From Pseudoalteromonas tetraodonis (lineage in GTDB: Bacteria; Pseudomonadota; Gammaproteobacteria; Enterobacterales; Alteromonadaceae), in NCBI RefSeq assembly GCF_002310835.1, contig NZ_CP011041.1, positions 600,001 to 632,000 on the forward strand: a stretch of 32,000 bases of DNA, written 5' to 3'. The notes under the pieces were generated by a model. That model did no database searches. It saw only the letters and a list, made by a program, of their open reading frames with translations, and had not been told where the DNA came from. Shown piece by piece: positions 1-9,494 of this stretch (within the stretch, counting starts at the first letter, position 1; the number at the start of each line of letters is the position of its first letter). A program made the position numbers and the translations under genes.

Positions 1-278
1 AGTTTAATAGAGTAATCGGTTGCAAATGTGAGCTCAATATCAAATTGGTCTAACTCATTATGTTGCGATTTTAGTGCGAGAATTTGTTGTTGTAATAGTG
101 TTTTGCTTTGAGTTGTACAACAGGCATACAGGCTTTCAATGGTTGGCATGTTTTTGGTTGTAATATTTAGCTCTGACCACCCATCTGAGAGATAACTGAG
201 CTGATCATGGTTATCAAATACCATTAAAAGAAAGTTGCATTTTTCTAGCAGTGCAATATTTATGTCTTTAATATCCAT
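1..278 (-). CDS. Hypothetical protein, N-terminal fragment running off the left edge (possibly a PAS-like sensory N-terminus)
   Basis: Absent from the ORF track because it has no stop inside the window. Reverse-strand ATG at 278..276, with GGGAG (282..286) 3 nt upstream. The frame is open to position 1: MDIKDINIALLEKCNFLLMVFDNHDQLSYLSDGWSELNITTKNMPTIESLYACC... No catalytic motif recognised. Confidence 0.45.
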   Translation of the reverse strand, partial: MDIKDINIALLEKCNFLLMVFDNHDQLSYLSDGWSELNITTKNMPTIESLYACCTTQSKTLLQQQILALKSQHNELDQFDIELTFATDYSIK

Positions 279-498
279 AAGCTCCCTACATATGAAAAGT
301 ATTACAACAATATGGTTGAGTATAGACATCTTCTTTTATTTTTTCCGTTTGAAGGCAGTGTAAATAGTGGTCAGAATTTTTACTAAAAACGTATTTCAGG
401 TTTGTTTTTGTGACTTTCCTGATAAGGTATTGGTTGTATAACAATATTTTAACGTTATTTCGTTGCTGTTAACGAAAAGCGAATCATTGGAGATTTTC

Positions 499-1800
499 AT
501 GAGCATATTTCGATTGAGTGTTATTACCTCGATTTTTTTAGCCGCAAATTTTTGCGCCAGCAATGCACAAGCCAATACTAAAGTGATTCATGCGGGAGAG
601 CTATTAAGCGTCCCTGGCGAAAAATCACAGCAAAAACAAACTGTAGTAATAGAAAATGGCAAAATAGTGTCTGTATCCGCTGGTTTTTTACCGGCCTCTC
701 GATTTGGTGATGATGCCCAATTAATCGATTTATCGACCAGCTTTGTTATGCCAGGGCTTATGGATATGCATGTGCATTTACAAGGTGAGCTTGGGCCAGA
801 TAATAAAAAAGAACTGGTTGAAATGTCTGATGCAGATGTTGCAATGCGCAGTGTTCATTTTGCTAATAAAACCCTAATGGCGGGATTTACCACCGTGCGT
901 GATGTAGGTAGCCAAAGCGAGCAAATGTACGCATTACGAAAAGGGGTGGCGAATGGTTGGGTTAATGGTCCGCGTATTATTGCCGGTGCTGGAGTTACTA
1001 TTACTGGTGGGCATTTAGATGTTGATGGTATGAGTCCTGATTTACTCACCATAAAAACGCCACCAACAGTGTGTGATGGCGCAGTTGAGTGTCGTAAAAA
1101 AACACGTTATGCAATTAAGTATGGGGCGGATTTAATTAAAGTGGCCTCTACCGGTGGTGTGCTTTCTGATACCACCACGGGGACAGGTCAACAAATGGAA
1201 GACGATGAGCTCAAAGCCATTGTAAAAACTGCACATGGGTTAGGACGAAAAGTAGCAAGCCATGCCCATGCTGCACAAGGTATTAATGCCGCACTTCGTG
1301 CAGGGGTTGATAGCATTGAACACGGCAGTTACACCGATGAAGAGGGCATTAAGCTCTTTAAAGAAACCGGCGCTTACCTTGTACCAACGTTGTTAGCTGG
1401 CGATACCGTGGTTAATATGGCAAAAAATTCAGATTTTATGTCTGCACCTATTAAGGCTAAAGCAACGAGAGTGGGGGGTGATATGCTCAACAACTTTACT
1501 AAGGCTTACAAAGCCGGCGTTAAAATTGCTTTTGGTACTGACAGTGGCGTATCAAAGCACGGTATTAACGCAAAAGAAGCCGTATTGATGTATGAAGCCG
1601 GTATGAGTACCTCCGATATTTTAAAGTCGGCAACCGTCAATGCTGCTGATTTAATTGATATGAGCCAGAGTTTAGGCACTATAGAGCCTGGTAAGTTTGC
1701 CGATATTATTGCCTTAGATTCCAGCCCACTTAGCGATATTAGCGCTTTAATGGATGTTGATTTTGTGATGAAAGAAGGCGTAATTTTCAAACAACAATAA
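499..1800 (+). CDS. Secreted metal-dependent amidohydrolase family protein (COG1228-like)
   Basis: Track ORF is 463..1800. I prefer ATG 499, which has GGAG at 489..492. This gives a signal-peptide-like N-terminus, MSIFRLSVITSIFLAANFCASNAQA. Amidohydrolase metal ligands are present: HxH (MDMHVHL), HAH, EHGS and FGTDSG. Confidence 0.8.
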   Translation: MSIFRLSVITSIFLAANFCASNAQANTKVIHAGELLSVPGEKSQQKQTVVIENGKIVSVSAGFLPASRFGDDAQLIDLSTSFVMPGLMDMHVHLQGELGPDNKKELVEMSDADVAMRSVHFANKTLMAGFTTVRDVGSQSEQMYALRKGVANGWVNGPRIIAGAGVTITGGHLDVDGMSPDLLTIKTPPTVCDGAVECRKKTRYAIKYGADLIKVASTGGVLSDTTTGTGQQMEDDELKAIVKTAHGLGRKVASHAHAAQGINAALRAGVDSIEHGSYTDEEGIKLFKETGAYLVPTLLAGDTVVNMAKNSDFMSAPIKAKATRVGGDMLNNFTKAYKAGVKIAFGTDSGVSKHGINAKEAVLMYEAGMSTSDILKSATVNAADLIDMSQSLGTIEPGKFADIIALDSSPLSDISALMDVDFVMKEGVIFKQQ

Positions 1801-1831
1801 ACACTATATTTATTTTATTATGAATGACGTT

Positions 1832-1892
1832 ATAACGCTGGTAGGTCGTACAACAGAATGTTTGTAGACGATTGACCAGCGTTATTTTGTTA
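1832..1892 (+). terminator. Rho-independent terminator of the amidohydrolase gene
   Basis: ATAACGCTGGT (1832..1842) pairs with ACCAGCGTTAT (1875..1885) around an imperfect inner stem. It is followed by TTTGTT. Confidence 0.6.
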
Positions 1893-1925
1893 TACCGTTT
1901 TTAGGTAAAAAGGAAGTAGTTTATT

Positions 1926-2759
1926 TTGAAGAGCTTAGTGGTTTTATTTTTTAGTGTATGGCCTTTGTTAGCAAATAGTGCCTCGCAGCAACCAGTTGAA
2001 TTTCCTGATGTTGAAAATAATGTGGCTTATGCAAAAGTAGCTTCATTGGGATTTAACTTAGCCGATGAAAAAATAGCCTACGGCAGTGATGAGTCACAGT
2101 ACGCATTACTTTGGCGCGCAAAGCAAGCACTGGTGCAAACGCCGTTAGTTATTTTACTCCATGGTGGCTGTTGGCTTAGTGAGTACGATATTAAACACAC
2201 GTATGCGTTAAGTACGGGGCTTGCACAAGCTGGTTTTAATGTGTGGTCATTAGAGTATCGAAGAAGTGGTACAAGCGGTGGTGGCTGGCCTGCAACGTTT
2301 AATGATATAAAAGCCGGTATTTTAGCGGCAAGTACTTACAATAATGGCGAGTTTAAATTAGCTGACTCGGTTGCTGTAGGGCACTCTGCTGGTGGACATT
2401 TAGCACTGCTTGCAGGTGGTGAAATAAGCCAGCTTAAAGGCGTTATTGGCTTAGCCCCTATTACTGATATAAAAGCATATGCACGTGGTAATAACAGCTG
2501 TCAAAAAGTGACAAAAGATTTTATGCAAGGTATGCCAACTGATAAACCTAAGGCTTACACGCAAGCTAACCCGAGTGAGCAGCCACTTCATCCCCAAAGC
2601 ATTATTTTACAAGGCGACAAAGATGCCATTGTCCCCGCTTTTAATTTAGCGCAGCTTAAACGCCCGGTGGTGATGCTCGAAGGCGTGGGGCATTTTGATT
2701 GGATCCACCCAGGAACTGAGGCATTTAGTACACTAATAAAAAATTTAAATGAGATATAA
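1926..2759 (+). CDS. Alpha/beta hydrolase, arylformamidase (AFMID/BNA7-type kynurenine formamidase)-like, with signal-peptide-like N-terminus
   Basis: TTG start 9 nt after AGGAAG (1911..1916). Motifs: HGGxW (LLHGGCW), GxSxG (GHSAGGH), a later Asp (GDKDAIV) and His (GVGHFDW). The stop is 2 nt before the kynureninase start. Confidence 0.6.
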   Translation: MKSLVVLFFSVWPLLANSASQQPVEFPDVENNVAYAKVASLGFNLADEKIAYGSDESQYALLWRAKQALVQTPLVILLHGGCWLSEYDIKHTYALSTGLAQAGFNVWSLEYRRSGTSGGGWPATFNDIKAGILAASTYNNGEFKLADSVAVGHSAGGHLALLAGGEISQLKGVIGLAPITDIKAYARGNNSCQKVTKDFMQGMPTDKPKAYTQANPSEQPLHPQSIILQGDKDAIVPAFNLAQLKRPVVMLEGVGHFDWIHPGTEAFSTLIKNLNEI

Positions 2760-2761
2760 AA

Positions 2762-3997
2762 ATGAATTTTAATGAGATTGTAGCGCTTGATAAAGCCGAT
2801 CCGCTGGCTAATAAACGCGATGAATTTGATTTACCCGCAGACACTATTTATCTCGATGGTAATTCACTAGGTGCCTTGCCTAAAGCCGTTAAGTCGCGCG
2901 TGGCAGAGGTGGTAAATCAACAATGGGGTAGTCACTTAATTAGAAGTTGGAATGATCACCAATGGATTGATTTACCCACTCAGGTAGGAGATAAAATAGC
3001 GCCGATTATTGGTGCTGCAAAAGGCCAAGTAATTTGTTGTGACTCTATTTCAGTTAACTTGTTCAAGCTGTTAAGTAGTGCGTTATCGTTAAGCCCTGGC
3101 CGAAATGTGGTGTTATCCACGCAAGATAACTTTCCAACCGACTTATACATGGTACAAGGGTTAAGTCACTTATTAGGTCCTGACCTATGTCAGCTTGAAT
3201 TAGTAGCAGAGCAACACATTGAACAAAGCCTTAGCGATTCAGTGGCGGTGCTGCTATTAACGCAGGTGAACTTTAGAACCGGGCAGCTATTAGATATGCA
3301 AAAGCTGACCAAGCTTGCTCACGAAAAAGGCATTTTAGTGATATGGGATTTAGCCCACAGCGCGGGTGCTTTACCTATTGAGCTCGATAACTGTAATGCA
3401 GATTTTGCTGTTGGCTGTGGCTACAAATACTTAAACGGTGGCCCGGGCTCGCCTGCATTTTTATATGTGGCAAAACGTCATCAGACTAGTGTAAAGCAGC
3501 CACTATCAGGTTGGATGGGTCATGCTAAACCATTTGCTTTTAATGCTGAATATCAGGGCGCTGATAATATAAATCAGTATTTGTGTGGCACACCCAGTGT
3601 GATTGCTATGAGTGCGTTAGATGCCGCCCTTGATGTATGGCAAGATGTAGATATTTCTCAAATAAGAGAAAAGTCGATTGCACTTGCCGAGGTATTTATT
3701 AAATTGCTACAAACACATTCATGCTTAAGTGATTTGCGTTTATGCTCTACTGAAAATGCCTGTCAAAGAGGTAGCCAATTGGCATTTTCACATACAGACG
3801 CGTTCGCTATATGCCAAGCGTTAATTGAAAAAGGGGTTATTGCTGATTTTCGTGCGCCCAATATATTACGCTTTGGTTTTACACCTCTTTATACCTCATT
3901 TGAAGATATATGGAATGCGGTCACGATTTTGGCTGAGGTGGTTAAAACCCAGCTATATACTCAGCCACGTTTTAATTTAGCAGGTAAAGTAACGTAA
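2762..3997 (+). CDS. kynU: Kynureninase (PLP-dependent)
   Basis: 411 aa. The N-terminus (...LANKRDEFDLPADTIYLDGNSLGALPKAV...) and the PLP-lysine region (GCGYKYLNGGPGSPAFLYV) are characteristic of bacterial kynureninase. Confidence 0.9.
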   Translation: MNFNEIVALDKADPLANKRDEFDLPADTIYLDGNSLGALPKAVKSRVAEVVNQQWGSHLIRSWNDHQWIDLPTQVGDKIAPIIGAAKGQVICCDSISVNLFKLLSSALSLSPGRNVVLSTQDNFPTDLYMVQGLSHLLGPDLCQLELVAEQHIEQSLSDSVAVLLLTQVNFRTGQLLDMQKLTKLAHEKGILVIWDLAHSAGALPIELDNCNADFAVGCGYKYLNGGPGSPAFLYVAKRHQTSVKQPLSGWMGHAKPFAFNAEYQGADNINQYLCGTPSVIAMSALDAALDVWQDVDISQIREKSIALAEVFIKLLQTHSCLSDLRLCSTENACQRGSQLAFSHTDAFAICQALIEKGVIADFRAPNILRFGFTPLYTSFEDIWNAVTILAEVVKTQLYTQPRFNLAGKVT

Positions 3998-4089
3998 CGT
4001 TATGATGAGCCATTATTCAATAATGGCTTATCAAATTACTTAAGTTAAAAAAGCATCGTGTTAGCAAAATAACTTGCTGCACCTTTCGT

Positions 4090-7000
4090 CTATTGTTGCT
4101 CTTTTTTTAGATTAAAGTAATTGAGTTGCACTCTCATCTCGGTAGCTTGTTCTGCCATTTGACGTGCTGCCGCCATTGTTTCTTCTGTAATAGCCGAGTT
4201 TGCCTGGGTTAAACCGGTTAAACGTTGTACAACAAGGTTAACCTCTTTAATCGCTTGCTCTTGTGCGGAGGTTGAATGCGCTATATGTATTATATTTTTA
4301 TTAACATCGCTAACAGCTTGCATTATGTGTTTTAATTTCTTCCCTGAGGTGTCTGCTAATTCCGTCCCAAGCGCTATTTTTTGATTACTATTTACAATAA
4401 TACTTTTTATTTGCTTTGCCGATTTAGCACTACGCCCCGCTAAATCACCTACTTCATTAGCAACTACGGCAAAGCCCCTTCCGTGGTCGCCAGCCCTAGC
4501 AGCTTCCACGGCGGCATTAAGTGATAGCAAGTTTGTTTGAAAAGCGAGGTTGTCAATAACCGTAAGTATTTCGTTAATGTCTTTACTGGCTTCATTCACG
4601 TCATCAATCGCGCTAACGGTTTGTATTGATAAGCGATTTCCTTCTTCAGCAATTTGCTCTGCATTGCTTGCCAATGCCACGGCACTTTTTGATTGTTCAG
4701 ATACTTTAGTTAGCTCATCTAGCATTTGCTCAGTACTTGAGCTTGCCTCTTCAAGGTTGGCTGCTTGCTCTTCTGTGCGTTTACTTATTTCAGTATTACT
4801 TGAAGCTATTTCACCTGCATTTTGCATAACCTGGCCAGCTGATACTTGAATTTCTTGAATGACATTAGTTAATTTCTCAATGGTCGCGTTGGTGTCGCTT
4901 TTAAGGGTATTGAATACGCCTTGATATTGCCCCTCTATATTTTTGGTAAGGTCACCTTTAGCTAAGTTTGACAAAACGCTACTTACTTCATTTATAGCTA
5001 ATGAAACTAATGAGGTAGACTCATTAACATTATTTTTTAAATCTTCCAATTGGCCTTGCAATGGTTGTTTTAATTGATGAGAAAAATCGCCATTTGCCAT
5101 TGCAGCCATTACTTGATTAAGATCATTTATGACATGTTCAAGGTTTGTTACCGAGTGGTTTATATCTGTTTTTAAACTATTTAGCTGGCCTGTCATAGTC
5201 GATGAAATAGTATGATCAAAGCGCCCCTGACTAATTGCTAGCATGACTGATGAAATTTCAGTTAGAGCATTATCAATAGCAGTAATTGATGTATTGATGT
5301 TACTTTTTAACTGCTCAAGTTGACCGCTGGCTTCACCTTTAATCATTTTTTTAAAGTCACCTTTACTAACAAAGGACATGACTTCACCTATTTCATTCAT
5401 TACATTATTTAAATTAGCCATACTGGAATTAATATCTTGTTTTAAGATATCAAGCTGTCCAGCTAAGGGAGCATCTAATTGCGCTGAAAACTGGCCCTGT
5501 CGTAATGCACTCATAACGTCACTAATACCATCTATGGCAATACTTAAGCTATTCACTGAGTTATTCACGCTGTCTTTTAGCTGGGCAAGTTTTCCTTTAG
5601 CTGGATAGGTAATTTGCTCTTTAAAGTTACCTTGCTCTACGTTAGCCATAATATCTACGATACTATTCATTGTGTTGTTTATTGAGGAAAGCGATTGGTT
5701 AATATTACTTTTTAAGGTGCCTAATTCACCTGACATTGAGACATTAATTTGAATATCAAATTGACCGTCAGCCATAGCAATCGCAATGTTATTTAATTCG
5801 TTTATTGCCCCGTTTAGTGAACTTGCGCAATCGTTGGTTGCTTGTTTTAACGTAGCTAACTCTCCTCGACATGGTGCTTCAATACGTTGATCAAATTTAC
5901 CCGCAGCCATTTGGTTCATAACGCGATTTGTTTCACTAATAGATAACTGTAGAGCATCAAGAAGAGTGTTAAATGCTTGAGTGCTAACGCCTATTTCATC
6001 GCTTGAATAGACAGTTGCTCGTAATGAAAAGTCACCTTGTTGCTCCACTTTTTTCATCGTATCAGCCAATGCATGTATTGGCTTCGTGAGTGTTCGCGCA
6101 AACCAATATGCGGCAATAGTAACAATAAAAATAGTGACAAAAAGTATCACAATGAGTAGTTGGGAAAGAGTCGTTATTGACTCAAAAGCTTCTTGTTCGT
6201 CCATTTCTGCTATGAGTGCCCAGCGAACATTAAATACATTTACAGGTGCAAATGCAGAGAGCACCATTTCATTGTTATAGTCATTTATAACATGCTGCCC
6301 TTTTTCATTTTTTAGTGCTTTGATTACAGATAAGGTATTCACAGTGCCTTTATTTGGGTTTCTAAACGAGCTTTCTACAGAGTGATTTTTCGGATCAATA
6401 TAAGAGTCAGAGCGCATTAACCCTTCAGGGCCAACAAGGTAGGTTTCTCCGCTTTCGCCCAACCCGTCACGTTCTTTCATAATTGAATTAATATCTTCAA
6501 TCGATAATTGGGCAGCTAAAATAGCAACCGTTTTACCATCAACAACAATAGGCTTTCCTATAAAGCTTGCAGGGGCATTATATGAAGGGGAGTACTGTTT
6601 ATAATCTGCAAAAGCAATTTTTTGTGGGTTGCTGCTGTCTTTTAATTGTCTAAATAGGTTCGCTAAATTACTTTTAGCGTAGGGGCCTGTTTGCAGCGAT
6701 GTTGCAAAGTCTACTTCTTTATAAACAGAGTAAACAATATTGCCATTTGCTGGGTCGATAATGAAAATATCGTAGAACTTATTTATATTAGTCATATCGC
6801 GTAGATAAGGGTGATATTGGCGGTGCGCTTGCTCGTAACTGTCTGATTGCTCTGTGGTGGTTAGTTTTTGTTTTTCACCGATTGGGTTTGGGTTATTAGC
6901 TAGATAACGAGATTGCAGCTCAATACTTTTTGGATTCATTTGCTTTAATAGAGATGAAGAAACTGTATCAGTTGGGTTTAGCTGTTTAAATTTTGGAGCA

Positions 7001-7341
7001 AAAGACTCTTTATAAAAGCGATTTAGAGACTCTGATGAGGTTGAAGGGGAGGTATCATTAAATCCATCTATAAACTTTGTCGCAATATTGGCCATTTCTG
7101 GATTTGCTTGCAGCGCATTAAGCTTTTTTTCAATGTTGTTAAAATAGCGTTTAACAGCGCTTTGTTTTACTTTACTCACAGCGTCTAAACGCGAATAAAC
7201 CTGTTCTGTCATCGAGTTTGAAGCTGTATTAATTGCGACAATAATAATTATTGTTATTGGCACTAGGGCAACAACTAAAAAGGCGGAGATAAGTTTTTTT
7301 GTTAAATTTAAAGAATTAAAAAAGTGATTAATTGTGAGCAT
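4090..7341 (-). CDS. Methyl-accepting chemotaxis protein: TM1, double-Cache-like periplasmic domain, TM2, nine HAMP units, MCP signalling domain
   Basis: Track ORF is 4090..7389. I prefer ATG 7341 ([34 protein letters not shown] = TM1). Cache-like motif [29 protein letters not shown]2 is [20 protein letters not shown]. Signalling hairpin is [33 protein letters not shown]. Confidence 0.9.
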   Translation of the reverse strand: MLTINHFFNSLNLTKKLISAFLVVALVPITIIIIVAINTASNSMTEQVYSRLDAVSKVKQSAVKRYFNNIEKKLNALQANPEMANIATKFIDGFNDTSPSTSSESLNRFYKESFAPKFKQLNPTDTVSSSLLKQMNPKSIELQSRYLANNPNPIGEKQKLTTTEQSDSYEQAHRQYHPYLRDMTNINKFYDIFIIDPANGNIVYSVYKEVDFATSLQTGPYAKSNLANLFRQLKDSSNPQKIAFADYKQYSPSYNAPASFIGKPIVVDGKTVAILAAQLSIEDINSIMKERDGLGESGETYLVGPEGLMRSDSYIDPKNHSVESSFRNPNKGTVNTLSVIKALKNEKGQHVINDYNNEMVLSAFAPVNVFNVRWALIAEMDEQEAFESITTLSQLLIVILFVTIFIVTIAAYWFARTLTKPIHALADTMKKVEQQGDFSLRATVYSSDEIGVSTQAFNTLLDALQLSISETNRVMNQMAAGKFDQRIEAPCRGELATLKQATNDCASSLNGAINELNNIAIAMADGQFDIQINVSMSGELGTLKSNINQSLSSINNTMNSIVDIMANVEQGNFKEQITYPAKGKLAQLKDSVNNSVNSLSIAIDGISDVMSALRQGQFSAQLDAPLAGQLDILKQDINSSMANLNNVMNEIGEVMSFVSKGDFKKMIKGEASGQLEQLKSNINTSITAIDNALTEISSVMLAISQGRFDHTISSTMTGQLNSLKTDINHSVTNLEHVINDLNQVMAAMANGDFSHQLKQPLQGQLEDLKNNVNESTSLVSLAINEVSSVLSNLAKGDLTKNIEGQYQGVFNTLKSDTNATIEKLTNVIQEIQVSAGQVMQNAGEIASSNTEISKRTEEQAANLEEASSSTEQMLDELTKVSEQSKSAVALASNAEQIAEEGNRLSIQTVSAIDDVNEASKDINEILTVIDNLAFQTNLLSLNAAVEAARAGDHGRGFAVVANEVGDLAGRSAKSAKQIKSIIVNSNQKIALGTELADTSGKKLKHIMQAVSDVNKNIIHIAHSTSAQEQAIKEVNLVVQRLTGLTQANSAITEETMAAARQMAEQATEMRVQLNYFNLKKEQQ
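4822..5901 (-). repeat. Eight tandem 45-codon (135-nt) degenerate HAMP-like units inside the MCP gene, preceded by one canonical HAMP (about 5902..6095)
   Basis: Units start with G-x-F (GKFDQ, GQFDI, GNFKE, GQFSA, GDFKK, GRFDH, GDFSH, GDLTK). I verified the Gly codons at 5901, 5766 and 5631, which are exactly 135 nt apart. Recurrent pattern: G.F....(5-7 aa).G.L..LK..(I/V)N.S. Confidence 0.85.
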
Positions 7342-7571
7342 TACTATGTCCCTGTAATAAGGTCTGAACCTCAAATGAGCATAGAACACAATTTGTGAAG
7401 ATCTAGTTAATAATTAAAGTAATGAGTTTTTATTACAAAATAGCCAAAGCTGATACTAAGCACTTTTAATTTTAATGCAATTGCAGCATGCTTTTTTAGC
7501 GGTTTAAAAGCAATAAAGCGTAGAAGTACTTAAGTGCTCCTACGCTTTACTATTTAATTGATGTTCTAACG

Positions 7572-7619
7572 TTAAAAAAGCAAACGATGTTAGAGCGCGA
7601 CTAAACTGCGCTCTAACAT
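7572..7619 (-). terminator. Rho-independent terminator overlapping the last codons of the C15-like gene
   Basis: Perfect 12-bp stem ATGTTAGAGCGC (7587..7598) / GCGCTCTAACAT (7608..7619) with a 9-nt loop. On the minus strand it is followed by CGTTTGCTTTTTT. The TAA stop (7592..7590) lies inside the stem. Confidence 0.65.
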
Positions 7620-8747
7620 AGCTTGAATTTGCTTAACTATTTTAGCTTCGGTTTCGGGTTCAAACTGGGCAATTCGAGGAGTGTGAATATGCCCAGTCGG
7701 AATATCTGAATTTAGCTGATTACGCAGCCGAATACTGCGATACGAAATTTCGTTAGACAGGTAACCACCGCCACCGCCATGTACTGCAGTTGCCTCTTTT
7801 AATTCGTCAAAACTGCTAGGCTCAAAGTCTTTTTTGAGGGTAATAACATGATGATTATCATTAATCGCAAAAGGGCCTTTTGCCTTTAGCATAGCGCTAA
7901 CAGGTAAGCTAAATTCTACAAACTCAGTACCGGGTAATGGGCGGTCGTTTAAACTTGGAATGAGCGGCGCTGTTTTGGTACCTCCATACACTATATTGGC
8001 GTTGTCGGGGGCTGTTACACTGCGGCGCTTACCTGGAAAGCGCTCAAGGTCAAAGTCTTTACTACCCATACTAACGGTAACCACCATATCAACATTATTA
8101 AGTGCGTAATAAGGGGCAAGTAAGGATTCTATAATACCGTGATCAAAGTCTTCATAACGCACAGGCACCATCACTGTGTTTATTTCAGCACTAATACCTT
8201 TATAGTTAATGACTTGGCCATCAAGAAGCAGTGCTGCAACACCCGATGGGTTGCTTTGGTTTATATTTCTATCAAGTAAAAACGGGTCAAATCCAGTCAA
8301 TAATATTTTTTTAGAGGTGTTTTGTGAGTAGCTAAGATCGGTGCGACCCCGGCTGCCATTCTCTAAAAGTGTTAATAACACTGTTTGCTGCGCCGCGCTC
8401 AGCGAAAATGCAGGCTTTGTGGTGCGAATAATTTTGCTTGATTGTAAGCGAGCCCAGTAAAGTGCGCGATCATCTAAGTTTTGCGTTGTAGCGATGCGTT
8501 TTTTTGCACTAAACCATAATCGTTTTGAGTAGTCATTAACGGCATCTACGGCTTGTGCATAGCTTGAGAGTGACTTGAATTGCTGCTCAAATTGATTAAC
8601 TTCGCTGGCAAAAGCGCTTAGCACGCTAGGTATCGCTTGGCTGGCTTTTTCAATTCGCAATTCTTCTGAAGTTAGCGGTGTGTTTAAATTAGCTAACGCA
8701 TTAGAAGAAGAAAAAATTAAGCTTGCAGCAATCAGTGTTTTTATCAT
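7590..8747 (-). CDS. Secreted pyroglutamyl-peptidase I (peptidase C15)-like protein with a ~150-aa N-terminal extension; Ser at the canonical Cys nucleophile position
   Basis: Signal peptide MIKTLIAASLIFSSSNALA. C15 landmarks: ILLTGFDPF...NPSG (compare LLTGFDPFGGE..NPS), DLERF (Glu), GGGYLSNEISY (compare AGTFVCNHLFY) and TGHIHTP (compare GGFIHIP). Confidence 0.65.
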   Translation of the reverse strand: MIKTLIAASLIFSSSNALANLNTPLTSEELRIEKASQAIPSVLSAFASEVNQFEQQFKSLSSYAQAVDAVNDYSKRLWFSAKKRIATTQNLDDRALYWARLQSSKIIRTTKPAFSLSAAQQTVLLTLLENGSRGRTDLSYSQNTSKKILLTGFDPFLLDRNINQSNPSGVAALLLDGQVINYKGISAEINTVMVPVRYEDFDHGIIESLLAPYYALNNVDMVVTVSMGSKDFDLERFPGKRRSVTAPDNANIVYGGTKTAPLIPSLNDRPLPGTEFVEFSLPVSAMLKAKGPFAINDNHHVITLKKDFEPSSFDELKEATAVHGGGGGYLSNEISYRSIRLRNQLNSDIPTGHIHTPRIAQFEPETEAKIVKQIQAMLERSLVAL

Positions 8748-8961
8748 GATGGTCCTAAACTGAGTCGTATTTGTTGTCTACTATCCTATGCCTAATAAGT
8801 GGGTGCAAATAAAATCGTTGGTTGGTTTTATGTTGCAAGCAGTATAAAACCGGCGTTAAATCAAAAACTACGGGTATTTTATTAAAAAGAGTCGAAACTC
8901 TGTGGTGGGTTTAGCTACAATGGTGGCTGTGTATTTTTTAGTTTTTTAATTTTAGGCAACT

Positions 8962-9468
8962 ATGCAACTTATTCAAATAGATAAAGCTCGTTATCGTAAA
9001 CATTTAAACCGCGTTATAGTCGGTTGTGCCGCAAGCTTAGCGATTGGTAGTTTAGCTATTTCACAAACGCTTATTGCATTATTCCCCGATGAAAGTGGTA
9101 GTCATTTTCATTGGAACTTATTAGGCGTTATTGTTACTAGTATTGGTATTGGCTGGTTGTTAAATAAATACCGTACACATCCTTTTATGACCGAGGTGGT
9201 GTATGTATGGGAGCTTAAACAAGCGCTTAATAAAATTACCCGCAAGATGGCAAAGCTTAAAGCGGCGGGACGTGAAGGTAATCCTGATGCGCTATTAGCC
9301 ATTCACTATAGTTATGCAGGTTCACGCTTGTTATGGCAGCTTGACGATAACACCATCACCATGGATGATTTAGCGATTAAACAAGCCGAGTTAGATAGCG
9401 TTGCGGCTAAATATAATTTAACTCTTAATGCCGATGACTACGATGACGCAATTTTAAAGCAGTTTTAA
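8962..9468 (+). CDS. Hypothetical inner-membrane protein with two predicted TM helices (possibly DUF3087-like; not verifiable here)
   Basis: 168-aa ORF. Hydrophobic segments VIVGCAASLAIGSLAISQTLIALF and LLGVIVTSIGIGWLL are followed by a soluble C-terminal half. The RBS is weak. Confidence 0.55.
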   Translation: MQLIQIDKARYRKHLNRVIVGCAASLAIGSLAISQTLIALFPDESGSHFHWNLLGVIVTSIGIGWLLNKYRTHPFMTEVVYVWELKQALNKITRKMAKLKAAGREGNPDALLAIHYSYAGSRLLWQLDDNTITMDDLAIKQAELDSVAAKYNLTLNADDYDDAILKQF

Positions 9469-9494
9469 AGTGGTTTTAATTTATAGGAATAACA

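Noticed and set aside
4008-4028. Hairpin AGCCATTA-TTCAA-TAATGGCT after kynU as a terminator
   Set aside because: It is an 8-bp AT-rich stem without a following T-run. It may act as a weak terminator but is not supportable as a confident feature. The convergent chemoreceptor gene likewise lacks a clear intrinsic terminator.
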